A stretch of DNA of 64,000 bases from an uncultured Planctomycetia bacterium (GCA_964597545.1 CAZQXN010000006.1:13695-77694); one strand, 5' to 3'; shown: positions 1 through 9,308, numbered from the stretch's first letter. Notes: a model not told the origin generated them from the letters alone. Numbers and translations are program-made.

Positions 1-369
1 GTAGGTGTTGCGATGGTGTTCTTCGGCGGAGCATGGGGCAGCATTCGAATGCTGCTTTCCCGCTTCATCTTCCTGACCAACGGTATTTTTATCCCCCTTG
101 AGGCGCTCCCGGAATACCTGAAGATGTCGGCCTATGCCTTTCCGTTGACGCATGCCTTGATCTTGGCGCGATCGGTTGTCTTTCCGGTGCCGGCAGGAGA
201 GATTGTTCGGGCCGGCGTTGTACTGTGTGTGATGACCCTCTGCCTTTTTGCTTCGGCCTGGGGGGGTCTTGTGGCGCTGCAGCTTAGGGTCCGCCGGGCC
301 GGGGGAGACTTGGGTGAAGACACAAAGGAAACGCTTTTAGCCAGTGAAACCTCCGCAGAAACAGGATAA
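1..369 (+). CDS. ABC-2 type transporter permease, C-terminal part (5' truncated by window edge)
   Basis: Hydrophobic segments plus the GIFIPLEALPEYL...FPLTHAL motif typical of ABC-2 permeases. Confidence 0.7.
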   Translation, partial: VGVAMVFFGGAWGSIRMLLSRFIFLTNGIFIPLEALPEYLKMSAYAFPLTHALILARSVVFPVPAGEIVRAGVVLCVMTLCLFASAWGGLVALQLRVRRAGGDLGEDTKETLLASETSAETG

Positions 370-1933
370 AGAGCTTTTTGTTTGCGGCCCGGTCGGCCCG
401 CGGGGCCAGCGGGTCCAGGCGTGCCGGGCCTTTGGAACAAGCATGCTGCCCCTTTTCCGGTCCGGAGAAGAGCTTTGGGTTGAACCGGTAGATCCACCCA
501 CCGTCCGGATAGGGGAGATTGTCAATGCCGTGGTGCGTTTGGGTGGCGGGCAGGTGACCGATCCGGATCCCGAGCGCGTGGTGACACACCGCATCATCCG
601 GCGCCTTCACATCAACGGGCAGCTTGCGTTTTTGACCAAGGGGGACAACCGCCCCATGTTTGATCCCATGATCCTTCCGGGACAGATCACCGGCCGCGTG
701 ACTCAGGCCGGTTCGAAGGTGTTAACCCGCCCTCACTGGCGCTGGCTGGGTGTGGTTATTGCCTGGTTTTCTTACCACAAGGCCCTCATGCATTACGCCT
801 TTTGCCACATCACGTATTGCCGGCCCAACCAAATCCGGCACCACTGGACAGTCAAGGGCTGGATTCCGAAGGTGTCCATCCGAGGCGCTCTCCGGCGCTT
901 CAGGTTTTTTCTCCGGAGCGGGGGAACTGGGCGTCGAAACCGGTTGCCGAATCACAGGAAGGAAAATCTTCGAGGCGGCGGCATCCCGATGCGTGTCCGG
1001 CTGTGCTCCCCGAATGATTTGCAATCTCTGGTACGGGTTTGGAATGAGGCTTTCCCGGATTATCCCACTGATGCGGACCGCCTTCAGGCAAGGTTGTTGG
1101 CTTCCCTCTGGTTTGATCCTTTCGGGTCTTTTGTCGTGTGCCGGAATGGGGAGATATTGGGTTGGGCGGCAACCTCGATGCGCTTGGAGCGGCCGCGATT
1201 CTCCGGTGCGGGGAAGTTGGAGTTTGTGGCGCTGACGAAAAAAGGGTGTCAGATCGGCGCAGCGGAACTGCTCCTGGAGCGGGTATTATTGATGTTCGAA
1301 CGCCGGCGAGTGTCGTCCATTATTTTGGGTCCTATGCCAAATGGGTCCCAAAGGGCAGAGCCGGCGGAGCGCTTGGCTGCCTCGACCAGACGGGCCAACT
1401 TCACCGTGCGTAAGGCATGGGTGGAGATGGTCTGTTCCGGTCAGCAGCGCCGCCCTGACCGAGACGAGTATCTTTCCCCGGGACTCGTCGTCCGGCCCTG
1501 GCGGCCGAGCGATTGGAATGGGTTTGCGGCCAGTTTTGAAGATGACCCAGCTGACCTGGGCCGGATTCGGCGCCACCTCTTATTTAGGGGTCGGGCAGAG
1601 CAGCTGCTGGTTGCGCGGCGCAACCGAAAGCCGGCCGGCTTGTGTCAATGGTTGCCGGATACGGGAGTGGTGGACTATAGCCAGGCGGGGAATCCCTGGG
1701 TGGTGGCTCAGCCGGGTTCCGAACGGGCCTACATGTTTCACATCGATGCAAAGGGTGTTTTCCGGGATGAGGACGCCGCTCGAGCATTGGCGCACCAAGC
1801 TTGCTCAAACGCTTTTGCCTTAGGGTGCAAGGAGGCGGTTTGCTGGACCCCGACCCCCGCTCTCTTTGAGCCCATCGGTTTTACCCAACGAAATACCTTC
1901 GTAGAGATGGAACGTCTGGCCCAAACCCTTTAG
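344..1933 (+). CDS. S24/S26-family peptidase domain fused to tandem GNAT acetyltransferase domains
   Basis: N-terminal GTSMLP...VTHRI...TKGDN signal-peptidase-like motifs; C-terminal GNAT-like halves paralogous to 2969..3994. Confidence 0.7.
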   Translation: MKPPQKQDKELFVCGPVGPRGQRVQACRAFGTSMLPLFRSGEELWVEPVDPPTVRIGEIVNAVVRLGGGQVTDPDPERVVTHRIIRRLHINGQLAFLTKGDNRPMFDPMILPGQITGRVTQAGSKVLTRPHWRWLGVVIAWFSYHKALMHYAFCHITYCRPNQIRHHWTVKGWIPKVSIRGALRRFRFFLRSGGTGRRNRLPNHRKENLRGGGIPMRVRLCSPNDLQSLVRVWNEAFPDYPTDADRLQARLLASLWFDPFGSFVVCRNGEILGWAATSMRLERPRFSGAGKLEFVALTKKGCQIGAAELLLERVLLMFERRRVSSIILGPMPNGSQRAEPAERLAASTRRANFTVRKAWVEMVCSGQQRRPDRDEYLSPGLVVRPWRPSDWNGFAASFEDDPADLGRIRRHLLFRGRAEQLLVARRNRKPAGLCQWLPDTGVVDYSQAGNPWVVAQPGSERAYMFHIDAKGVFRDEDAARALAHQACSNAFALGCKEAVCWTPTPALFEPIGFTQRNTFVEMERLAQTL

Positions 1934-1948
1934 AGAGAGGAGCGCGCC

Positions 1949-2239
1949 ATGTCTCGGCAAGGCTTAAGCAAGGATCTTTGTCCGCGCAGGGCAGAGAACA
2001 TCATCTGGAGAGAGGTCTCCGGCAAGGGGATCTTGATCAACCTGGCCGACGGCGCTTGCTTTGAGGTCAGCCCCATGGGTCTTGCGATCTGGAAGCAGTG
2101 CGATGGCAAGGCTCCGGTGGGCGCAATAGCAGAGCGGATGGGACGTCGGTTTCACGTCAGTCCCAAGCGTGTTATCGAGGATGCTGGAAGTTTCTTAAAG
2201 CAGCTTAAGCGGCAGAAGATGGTTGCTTTCGGAGGGTAG
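1949..2239 (+). CDS. PqqD-family RiPP recognition element
   Basis: 96 aa, WREVSGKGILINL...SPMGLAIWKQCDG...FLKQLKRQKMV pattern of PqqD. Confidence 0.85.
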   Translation: MSRQGLSKDLCPRRAENIIWREVSGKGILINLADGACFEVSPMGLAIWKQCDGKAPVGAIAERMGRRFHVSPKRVIEDAGSFLKQLKRQKMVAFGG

Positions 2240-2241
2240 GG

Positions 2242-2964
2242 GTGCCGCTTCATTCCGGTTCTGTTCGCGTTTCAGTCATCATGCCGGTTTTTAACGCTAA
2301 GCGCACCATTGATGAAGCCATCCGGTCGGTCTTGGGGCAGGGCGGTGTTGCCTTCGAGCTGCTGGTGGGAGATGACGCCTCCAGAGACTCAAGCTGGAAG
2401 CAGATTCAGGCCTATCAGGGCGAGAAACGGCTGAGGGCCTGGCGGTTTCCTAAGAGACTGGGGGCTGCTCGGGCGAGGAATGCTCTGATTGCCAGAGCTC
2501 GGGGGTTGTACTTGGCGATCTGCGACGCCGACGATTGCATGTTGCCGAGTCATCTGCGCAGACTCTCCAGGGTTTTGGACTGCAGGCCCCAGGTAGGGGT
2601 CGTCCACGGGGATCAGGAGCTCATTGGCCCCGCTGGGCGCCGGCTCGAGCGCAAGCGGGTTGCCAAAGATCCACAAGAAACCTGGGACCTCCTGGAAGAC
2701 ATCGGCTGCCATGCCGGTTCCATGCTGCGCAGGTCGCTCGTCAGGAAGGTGGGGGGGTATCGTCCTTATCGTCTTGCTCACGACTACGACCTTTTTCTCC
2801 GCCTCGCCGAAGTGACCCAGTTTTATGTTACCAAGGGCCGGCCCACCTACTGCCGGCGCAAGCTCCCCGGTTCTTTGAGCGGCGCTCCAGAGGACAAATC
2901 TGCGCTTCTTCGCATCTGGCGGGATGCCATATTCAGGCGGTACGGTGTGCGCCTGAAGTGGTGA
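2242..2964 (+). CDS. Glycosyltransferase family 2
   Basis: VSVIMPVFN, GDDAS, ARN, DADD and DYDL motifs. Confidence 0.9.
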   Translation: MPLHSGSVRVSVIMPVFNAKRTIDEAIRSVLGQGGVAFELLVGDDASRDSSWKQIQAYQGEKRLRAWRFPKRLGAARARNALIARARGLYLAICDADDCMLPSHLRRLSRVLDCRPQVGVVHGDQELIGPAGRRLERKRVAKDPQETWDLLEDIGCHAGSMLRRSLVRKVGGYRPYRLAHDYDLFLRLAEVTQFYVTKGRPTYCRRKLPGSLSGAPEDKSALLRIWRDAIFRRYGVRLKW

Positions 2965-2968
2965 GTCT

Positions 2969-3994
2969 GTGCAGCCTGAAGAGAAATCCATGAGCGCAAG
3001 CGCTTTAAAGCGGAAAACCAACAGAGAGATCCAAATCCTCCCCTGGCGTCCCGAATTCGTCGAACCGATGGCTCTGCTCTGGAACCAGGCCTTCCCCCGG
3101 GATCAGGTTTCTCCGGATTATCTGGTACAGCGGTTGTTTGGGTCCAAGTGGTTTAACGCGTCAGGGTGTTGGGCGGCTTGGCGCTCCGAGGAGTGCCTCG
3201 GATGGATTCTTGCGACGCGGCGCAGCGGCAACCGGGCAGGGCATCGCACGAAGGGGTATCTTGAGGTTTTGGCGGTCAATGACGAAGGACTTCGGCAAGA
3301 CGTTGACGGCGCGCTCATCCGAAGTGCCTTTTCTTGGTTTCGCGCCCAAGGGGCATCGGTTGCTTGCCTGGATTCCCTTCCGGTTTCCGGGGAGCAGGCA
3401 GAGCAGTGCACCTCTGCTTTGATTCAGCGGCTGGAGGCGCGTGGATTTCAACGGGCCGGCCTGCTCTGGGATTTGGGACTGACCCCAGAGAGGCAGGCTG
3501 TACGCAAAAAGGAACTGGCCCAAGGCCTTACCCTTCGCCGGTGGCAGCCGGAAGACGACGGACCGCTCACAGAGATGTTTCGACGATCCGGATGGATGCG
3601 GTTCGCGAGGCGGTGGGCCGGCTGCCGGCGGGATCCCACTTACGCGAAGGACCCGCAGCAGATGTGCGTTGCTGCGATGGAGGGCCATCCCGTGGGATTT
3701 TGCCAGAATTTGCTGAGCGATCAAATCAAAGATTACAGCGTGCTGGGCAGATGGGTTGCATCCGCTACAGAGGGAGGCAGCGGTTTTCGCCCGGTTGGAT
3801 ATCTGCTGAATATGGTGGTGGATCCTGCTTTCCGCGGCCGCGGGATAGGGCGGGCGCTGTTTCTTGAACAGTGCAGCCGTTTGTTTGCGTTAGGCGCTAA
3901 GGAAATCCGAGGATGGGCTCCGCGCCCCGCTTTCTACCGGAAGTTCGGCGCCCGTCTGCGCGGTGCCTTTCTGAAGATGGAGGTCCCGCTGTAA
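2969..3994 (+). CDS. Tandem GNAT N-acetyltransferase
   Basis: VDPAFRGRGIGRAL acetyl-CoA-binding motif in C-terminal half. Confidence 0.85.
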   Translation: MQPEEKSMSASALKRKTNREIQILPWRPEFVEPMALLWNQAFPRDQVSPDYLVQRLFGSKWFNASGCWAAWRSEECLGWILATRRSGNRAGHRTKGYLEVLAVNDEGLRQDVDGALIRSAFSWFRAQGASVACLDSLPVSGEQAEQCTSALIQRLEARGFQRAGLLWDLGLTPERQAVRKKELAQGLTLRRWQPEDDGPLTEMFRRSGWMRFARRWAGCRRDPTYAKDPQQMCVAAMEGHPVGFCQNLLSDQIKDYSVLGRWVASATEGGSGFRPVGYLLNMVVDPAFRGRGIGRALFLEQCSRLFALGAKEIRGWAPRPAFYRKFGARLRGAFLKMEVPL

Positions 3995-4005
3995 ACGGGT
4001 TACAG

Positions 4006-4125
4006 CTACTCTGAGCCGAACGTTGTGACCTGGCGGAGATTTCCGAGACGTTTTAGGGTAGGTTTCTGGTAACGTTTTCGGGGTGTTGCGTTCTTTTCTT
4101 TGGTTGGCTTGACCTTTTTCTTCAT
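4006..4125 (-). CDS. Putative RiPP precursor peptide (39 aa) with lasso-type leader
   Basis: MKKKVKPTKEKNATPRKRYQKPTLKRLGNLRQVTTFGSE matches YxxPxLxxxGxxxxxT; lies in an intergenic gap within a PqqD cluster. Confidence 0.7.
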   Translation of the reverse strand: MKKKVKPTKEKNATPRKRYQKPTLKRLGNLRQVTTFGSE

Positions 4126-4149
4126 ATTGAGGATACAGTACAAGATCCC

Positions 4150-4872
4150 ATGAGTGGTGTCAAGATCTCTGTCCTGATGGCTGCCCGAAATGCTGAGGCG
4201 ACTCTTGAAAAGGCTGCTCAGTCGGTTCTGGCCCAGCGGGGGGCCTCCTTTGAGCTCTTGATCGGGGACGATGCTTCCACAGACGGCACCTGGGATTGCA
4301 TTCGGCGCATCAGGCGGGATCTCCGGGTGCGGGCGTGGCGTTTTCGGAGGCACCAGGGGGTGAGTGTCACCCGCAACCGGCTGATTGCACGTGCTGCCGG
4401 GCGGTATCTTTCAATCTGCGATGCCGATGATCGCATGCTGCCGGACAACCTCAGGCGGCTTTCGGCTGTTCTGGACCGACGGCCTCAAGTGGGTGTGGCG
4501 TACGGTCGGATCCTCCTTGTGGATGAGCGCAGGAAGGGTCCGCCAAAAACATCCATTTTGTCCACCGGATTTCTGGGTGATTGGGATCTGCTGGGTTTTT
4601 CGATCCCCAACGGCGCAGCAATGCTTCGCAAGAAACTGGTGCAACGGGTGGGCGGCTACAATCCCAAGATCTCATTTGGAGGGGATGGTGACCTGTTACT
4701 GCGGTTGGGGGAGGTGACGCAATTCCGGGACCTGGGGGGTAAGCCGGTTTATCTGTACCGCCGACGCCACGGATCTGTCACGGATCAATCCCGCCAAGCC
4801 CGCAAGCAGGTCGCCCAGGAGACCCTCCGTAGGACGATCCTCAGGCGCTATGGAGTGCGGGTGACCTGGTAG
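4150..4872 (+). CDS. Glycosyltransferase family 2 (paralog of 2242..2964)
   Basis: ISVLMAARN, GDDAST and DADD motifs; same length (240 aa) and RRYGVRxxW C-terminus as the paralog. Confidence 0.9.
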   Translation: MSGVKISVLMAARNAEATLEKAAQSVLAQRGASFELLIGDDASTDGTWDCIRRIRRDLRVRAWRFRRHQGVSVTRNRLIARAAGRYLSICDADDRMLPDNLRRLSAVLDRRPQVGVAYGRILLVDERRKGPPKTSILSTGFLGDWDLLGFSIPNGAAMLRKKLVQRVGGYNPKISFGGDGDLLLRLGEVTQFRDLGGKPVYLYRRRHGSVTDQSRQARKQVAQETLRRTILRRYGVRVTW

Positions 4873-4877
4873 GGAGG

Positions 4878-6626
4878 TTAGGCTCTCAGGCGCTGCTTGG
4901 CCCGCCTGAGGAGCCGGTCAGTATCTTGCCTGCGCCAGGGAGATAAATGTGAAGCGCTCTCCGGGTATCTGCGCCAGAGGTAATGCATCTCGCGCGGTAG
5001 CGCCATCATCCGAGCGTTGCGAGCGATCTTTAGGCCTAAGTCATAATCCTCAGAGGTCATCAGCGTTTCATCATATCCGCCGGCTTTGAGCATCGCCTCT
5101 GTTCGAATGAGCGCTCCTGCGTGCGCAATGACGTTGCGCTCCCACTCCTTGCTTCCATCTACTCGCTCCGCCCGCTCCACCCCCAGCGGAGTGCCGGTTT
5201 CATCCACCCTCAACCGGTTGGCATAGACCCACCCCACACGGCGGCGGGTCTCCAGGAACGCGACCATACGCTTAAGATGCGAGGGGAGCATGATGTCATC
5301 GGCATCGCACACGGCGATGTACTTGCCCCGGGCTTCCCCCAGGATCCGGTTGCGCGCCGCGGCAATCCCCATCTGTCTTGGGTTTTGAAGGAATCGGACG
5401 CGCGGGCTCCAGAGATAGCTGCTGGCGATTTGAGCGGTTCGGTCAGTGGAACCATCATCGACAATCACCAGCTCGAATTGCTTAAACCGCTGTGCCAGAA
5501 CCGACTCAATCGCTTCGGCAATCCAAGGCTGCATGTTGTGCGCGGTCATCATGACGGTCACCAGAGTTTGAGCGGGTGCTGTGGGATCCATTCGCTGGAT
5601 CAGTCCGCGCCGGCGCAGCAGCGCCAGCTGCTTGCCCGCACCATTGCGGAACGCAGCGCCATCGCTTAAACCCCTCCAGAGTTCCAAACCCCGGGGGTCC
5701 GGCCGGAAGATCTCAAGGTCGGACGATCGGACCAGAAGGGTTTCTTGGTCTGAGCGCATCGTAAAGCCCGATCGGATCCACCCGGGGGTTTCTCTTTTGC
5801 GCGGGGCGCTGACACCGATCTGGCGTGAGCGCGCTCTTCGCAGCGGAATCTTCCGGTTTAGCCAGGCCAGGAGTTTTTGATAGTCGGCGGGGGTGTTGTA
5901 AAGGGGTGTGCCCCATTTCTGCACAAAGAACTTCTCAGAGGTTTTGACCAGCCGGCGTCGATGTTCAGACGGTGCCGATCCGCTTCCCTTGTGATGCACA
6001 AACAGAGAATGCACCCGAACCAAGCGGTAGCCGGCAAGCCTGAGCTTGAGAGAATAATCAATGTCCTCTACGCCGAAGAAGTAACCTTCGTCGAAAAGCC
6101 CGACGCGGGCCATGACGACCTTTGGGATGAGCAGGCAGAAGCCGAACAGGTAGGGCATGGTTTCTAAGCGGTTTTTGCCCCACCGCTGAAAGAGCTGATC
6201 GGCCAGCGTTGTTGAGGCTTCATTGGCCGGAAGTCCCTTCGGAGGCCAGTCCCATTTGAAGCAGTGGATGTGTTGCGAGGTGGGTCCGGCCGCCCCCACG
6301 CCCGGCTGTTGAGTAGCCCCCACCAGGCGCTCAAGCCATCCGGGAGGGACCAGGACGTCGCTGTTAAGGAAGCAGACGTATCGCCCCCGGGCTGCAAGGG
6401 CCCCCTGGTTGGCGGCCTTAGCAAAGCCTGCGTTGCCCCTATTTTGAATGACCCGGATCTCAGGAAAGGCCCGCAGGGTTTTCTGAATACCTGGGCTGCG
6501 GCTGTTGTTGATGACGATCAGCTCATAGGGGACCGAGGTGTTGCGGATGACCGATCGCAGGCAGGCCCGGGTCAAGTTTGGGGTGTTGAGGGTAATGACG
6601 ACAATCGAAACCAGTGGAGGGGGCAT
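4878..6626 (-). CDS. Double GT2 glycosyltransferase with central PqqD/RRE-like segment
   Basis: Two GT2 domains (FLNSD/EDID; VDDGSTD/DADD/EDYD) separated by a PqqD-like stretch. Confidence 0.85.
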   Translation of the reverse strand: MPPPLVSIVVITLNTPNLTRACLRSVIRNTSVPYELIVINNSRSPGIQKTLRAFPEIRVIQNRGNAGFAKAANQGALAARGRYVCFLNSDVLVPPGWLERLVGATQQPGVGAAGPTSQHIHCFKWDWPPKGLPANEASTTLADQLFQRWGKNRLETMPYLFGFCLLIPKVVMARVGLFDEGYFFGVEDIDYSLKLRLAGYRLVRVHSLFVHHKGSGSAPSEHRRRLVKTSEKFFVQKWGTPLYNTPADYQKLLAWLNRKIPLRRARSRQIGVSAPRKRETPGWIRSGFTMRSDQETLLVRSSDLEIFRPDPRGLELWRGLSDGAAFRNGAGKQLALLRRRGLIQRMDPTAPAQTLVTVMMTAHNMQPWIAEAIESVLAQRFKQFELVIVDDGSTDRTAQIASSYLWSPRVRFLQNPRQMGIAAARNRILGEARGKYIAVCDADDIMLPSHLKRMVAFLETRRRVGWVYANRLRVDETGTPLGVERAERVDGSKEWERNVIAHAGALIRTEAMLKAGGYDETLMTSEDYDLGLKIARNARMMALPREMHYLWRRYPESASHLSPWRRQDTDRLLRRAKQRLRA

Positions 6627-6632
6627 CGCTCG

Positions 6633-7607
6633 TTAAACCAGCCGCTTGAGCAGCGCAGGAATCTGCGCCAGATGTCGGTTGCTGTAGTGCAGATGATAGG
6701 CCCGAACCTGCTGAGCCAGTCGCTCAAAGACACCTAAGCGCTGACGGGCGATTTGGGTCCACGGATCGTTCTGGAACCAAGCAAAGTGGCTGTCCTCCAA
6801 AAGCCAGCGCATGGCAGAAGTCGAACGGACCGCTGACAGCCACAGCGGTCCTTGGGGACGGTATTTGGGGAAGAGCAGGATGCGTGGTTGGCAGGTTTGC
6901 GCGATGCGCTTGGGCCAGATCGATTGCGCCGAAAAGATCAGCCGCTTGGCCGAAGAGGTTTTCAGCAGCGATTGCAGTTCCGGAAACCGCTTGGCCACAG
7001 GCCGGTCCAGCCGGATGCGGCGGGGGAAGGCATGCGCGGCGATGCGGTTGCCCTTTTTGGAGAGAATCGGCATCTCATCCGTCAGGAATGAGAAACCGGC
7101 TTGCAGCCCACACAAGCTCAAAGCTGTCTTTCCGGAGCCGCTGTCCCCGACAATCAAGATGCCATCGTTGCCCTTGGCCACACAGGCGGCATGCAGGAAG
7201 TACATGCTCCGCTGCTTAAGCCACAGGCTTAAGGGTTGCGTGACCAGATAGTGGTATCCGGGATCCGGAAGCCAGGCTTCATCCGGAACGACGGCTGCTT
7301 GGATGCGCCGTTTCTTCAAGTCCTGGATCACGGTAAAGTTGCTGGAAAGCTGACGGGTGATAACGCGTCCGACTGCCGGCTCGCTCAAGATCAGCTCCCG
7401 GTAAGGGGCGAAGTCGGCCGGCACTCCGTCTTGGGCTGCGGAGGCGGGCAGGGCTGAGACGCTCAACCGCACGGCACTTCGACTGCCCCCGTTAGACCGC
7501 TTTCCGGCGCGAAACCACTCCAAGTCCGCCATCAATGTATTGAAAATCATCGGATGGTCGGAAGTGAATTCGATGGGTAAACCGTGTATGTTGAGATGAG
7601 TTTTCAT
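6633..7607 (-). CDS. HPr kinase-related P-loop kinase
   Basis: LHAACV...GDSGSGKT...TDE motifs of HprK-like peptide kinases. Confidence 0.8.
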   Translation of the reverse strand: MKTHLNIHGLPIEFTSDHPMIFNTLMADLEWFRAGKRSNGGSRSAVRLSVSALPASAAQDGVPADFAPYRELILSEPAVGRVITRQLSSNFTVIQDLKKRRIQAAVVPDEAWLPDPGYHYLVTQPLSLWLKQRSMYFLHAACVAKGNDGILIVGDSGSGKTALSLCGLQAGFSFLTDEMPILSKKGNRIAAHAFPRRIRLDRPVAKRFPELQSLLKTSSAKRLIFSAQSIWPKRIAQTCQPRILLFPKYRPQGPLWLSAVRSTSAMRWLLEDSHFAWFQNDPWTQIARQRLGVFERLAQQVRAYHLHYSNRHLAQIPALLKRLV

Positions 7608-7624
7608 GTTTGGTGGAATGTTAA

Positions 7625-7706
7625 TGCCGAGGCGGGGAGTCGAACCCCGACGGCTTGCGCCATACGCTCCTGAAGCGTACGCGTCTCCCTATTCCGCCAC
7701 CTCGGC
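7625..7706 (-). tRNA. tRNA-Leu(CAG)
   Basis: Reverse complement folds as GCCGAGG...CCTCGGC with anticodon loop TTCAGGA, long variable arm and GTTCGA T-loop; CCA not encoded. Confidence 0.95.
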
Positions 7707-7712
7707 AAGAAT

Positions 7713-8318
7713 CTAGAGAAAAGATTCTGCGATTTTGTACTTCCTGTGAAGGCAGGGAAGGCCAGGTCGATAATATATCGCTTTAAGCAGTTGCTGTGAA
7801 GCCTTTTTCGCATACGTCAACTCCCAAACGCGTGAACCGTACCGGATGCAACCTATAATGCTAAGTTGGATTGCCACCATGTAGTTGATCCACTCAAGGT
7901 ATGATCGACTGCAAGAAGAGAACTTGACGTATAGTCGGATTGCATTTGGATAGATACAATCTTGGAACGTACTGATGTTCCCATCACCATCCAGACATCC
8001 TCGTAAAAAGTCGAAGAAGTAGACATTCGGAATCTTCAATGAACCAAGCTGCTTTGATTTGCAGGGCATTAAACCGATGTTTAGAAGCCAGCGATACAAC
8101 TTTACGTTACCAAATTGTACGTGTGGATATCGCCTCGAAGAAAAGCCGCTGCCCTTCCACCCGATTTTGTTTTCCAGGCCGAGGCAGCGCTTAAATGTTT
8201 CAAGTTGTTCCATGTCCTTAGAGGTCAATTCCAAATGCCGACCGTCATTAGAGAGACAGCCATCGGTGGCGATAAGGCCCACTGCATAGGCCAATTCATG
8301 GGACCACTGAATAGACAT
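7713..8318 (-). CDS. LAGLIDADG homing-endonuclease-like protein
   Basis: Two motifs, AYAVGLIATDG and FLRGCLDGDG; start set at ATG 8318. Confidence 0.85.
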   Translation of the reverse strand: MSIQWSHELAYAVGLIATDGCLSNDGRHLELTSKDMEQLETFKRCLGLENKIGWKGSGFSSRRYPHVQFGNVKLYRWLLNIGLMPCKSKQLGSLKIPNVYFFDFLRGCLDGDGNISTFQDCIYPNAIRLYVKFSSCSRSYLEWINYMVAIQLSIIGCIRYGSRVWELTYAKKASQQLLKAIYYRPGLPCLHRKYKIAESFL

Positions 8319-8381
8319 ATGTCTACTATAGTACGAAGGTGTGATTTTACAAAGGAAAAAAGGTGGTGATAAACTGTCTGC

Positions 8382-9239
8382 ATGCGGCTGACGAAGCTCA
8401 ACGACTTGATTCATGACGGCAGGAACATCAACGGCTCCTGGCGGCTTACCCGCAAGCATACGCTGGAGTACCGGCGGGCCGGCAGCGAGGAAGAGGCGGT
8501 CTTAAAGGGTCCACTACTGGAAACTTCGGCCAACCGCCTCACCTTTCGTGTTGCCGAGCAGCGCTTGGGCAATAACCTGGTTGGCCGCCGCTTAAGTTTG
8601 CGGGGTCGGTGGCAGGCTGATGCCGACAACCGTTTGGCCTTCTTGGTGGAACGGCAAGGGGGCCGACACAACTGGCTAACCCTGCAGGGGGCCTGGCAGG
8701 TTGACCCCGGCCATGAGATCGTTTACCGGTTTCACCGGGAAACTCTCAAGACCAAGCTGCGCCGAGAGGGACTGCTGCGGTTTCGGGGAATCTGGGAACT
8801 CTCCGAGCGCCGCCGCCTCACCTATGTCCTGGATGCCAAGACCGATTCCACCTTTCGCTTCCGGGGAACATTTCAATCCCCATCGGTTTTGGCCAAGCAG
8901 GGGAGGATCCGCTATCAGCTTGGGGTCGAAGTTAAAGGTAAAAGCTCCCGCAAGGCCGTCACCCTTTTCGGCAAATGGAAGCTCTCAAGAAGATTGGGGC
9001 TGACCTTTGAGATTCCGTATCGGGGCAGGCGGGCACGTGGAATTGATTTTGGTGCCACCTTCTCGTTGGGCCCTCAGGGGCGAGTGAAGGCCACACTCAC
9101 CACCCGGCGTGGAAAACCCTTGGGGTTAGAGCTGGTTGTTTCCCGGGAGTTTCTTAAAGGGCGGGGGGAGGCCTTTGCCCGGCTGAGACGTTCCCTTAAG
9201 GAGCTTGCCCTGGAGGGGGGTATCAGAATCCGCTGGTAA
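8382..9239 (+). CDS. Hypothetical basic beta-rich protein with GxW repeats
   Basis: 285-aa ORF filling the gap, five GxW-x7-(L/I)x(Y/F) repeats. Confidence 0.65.
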   Translation: MRLTKLNDLIHDGRNINGSWRLTRKHTLEYRRAGSEEEAVLKGPLLETSANRLTFRVAEQRLGNNLVGRRLSLRGRWQADADNRLAFLVERQGGRHNWLTLQGAWQVDPGHEIVYRFHRETLKTKLRREGLLRFRGIWELSERRRLTYVLDAKTDSTFRFRGTFQSPSVLAKQGRIRYQLGVEVKGKSSRKAVTLFGKWKLSRRLGLTFEIPYRGRRARGIDFGATFSLGPQGRVKATLTTRRGKPLGLELVVSREFLKGRGEAFARLRRSLKELALEGGIRIRW

Positions 9240-9246
9240 CCCCTTG

Positions 9247-9263
9247 TACACCCCCGGGGTGTA
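9247..9263. repeat. Short intergenic palindrome TACACCCC-C-GGGGTGTA
   Basis: Perfect 8-bp inverted repeat just after a stop codon. Confidence 0.5.
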
Positions 9264-9308
9264 AAAGCCGGTTAGTACCGACGGAGAGGATGTGGTATCT
9301 TAGATGGG

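Noticed and set aside
4006-4125. Calling the product a lasso peptide
   Set aside because: Core of 3-5 aa cannot form a macrolactam ring with tail, and no cyclase is in the window
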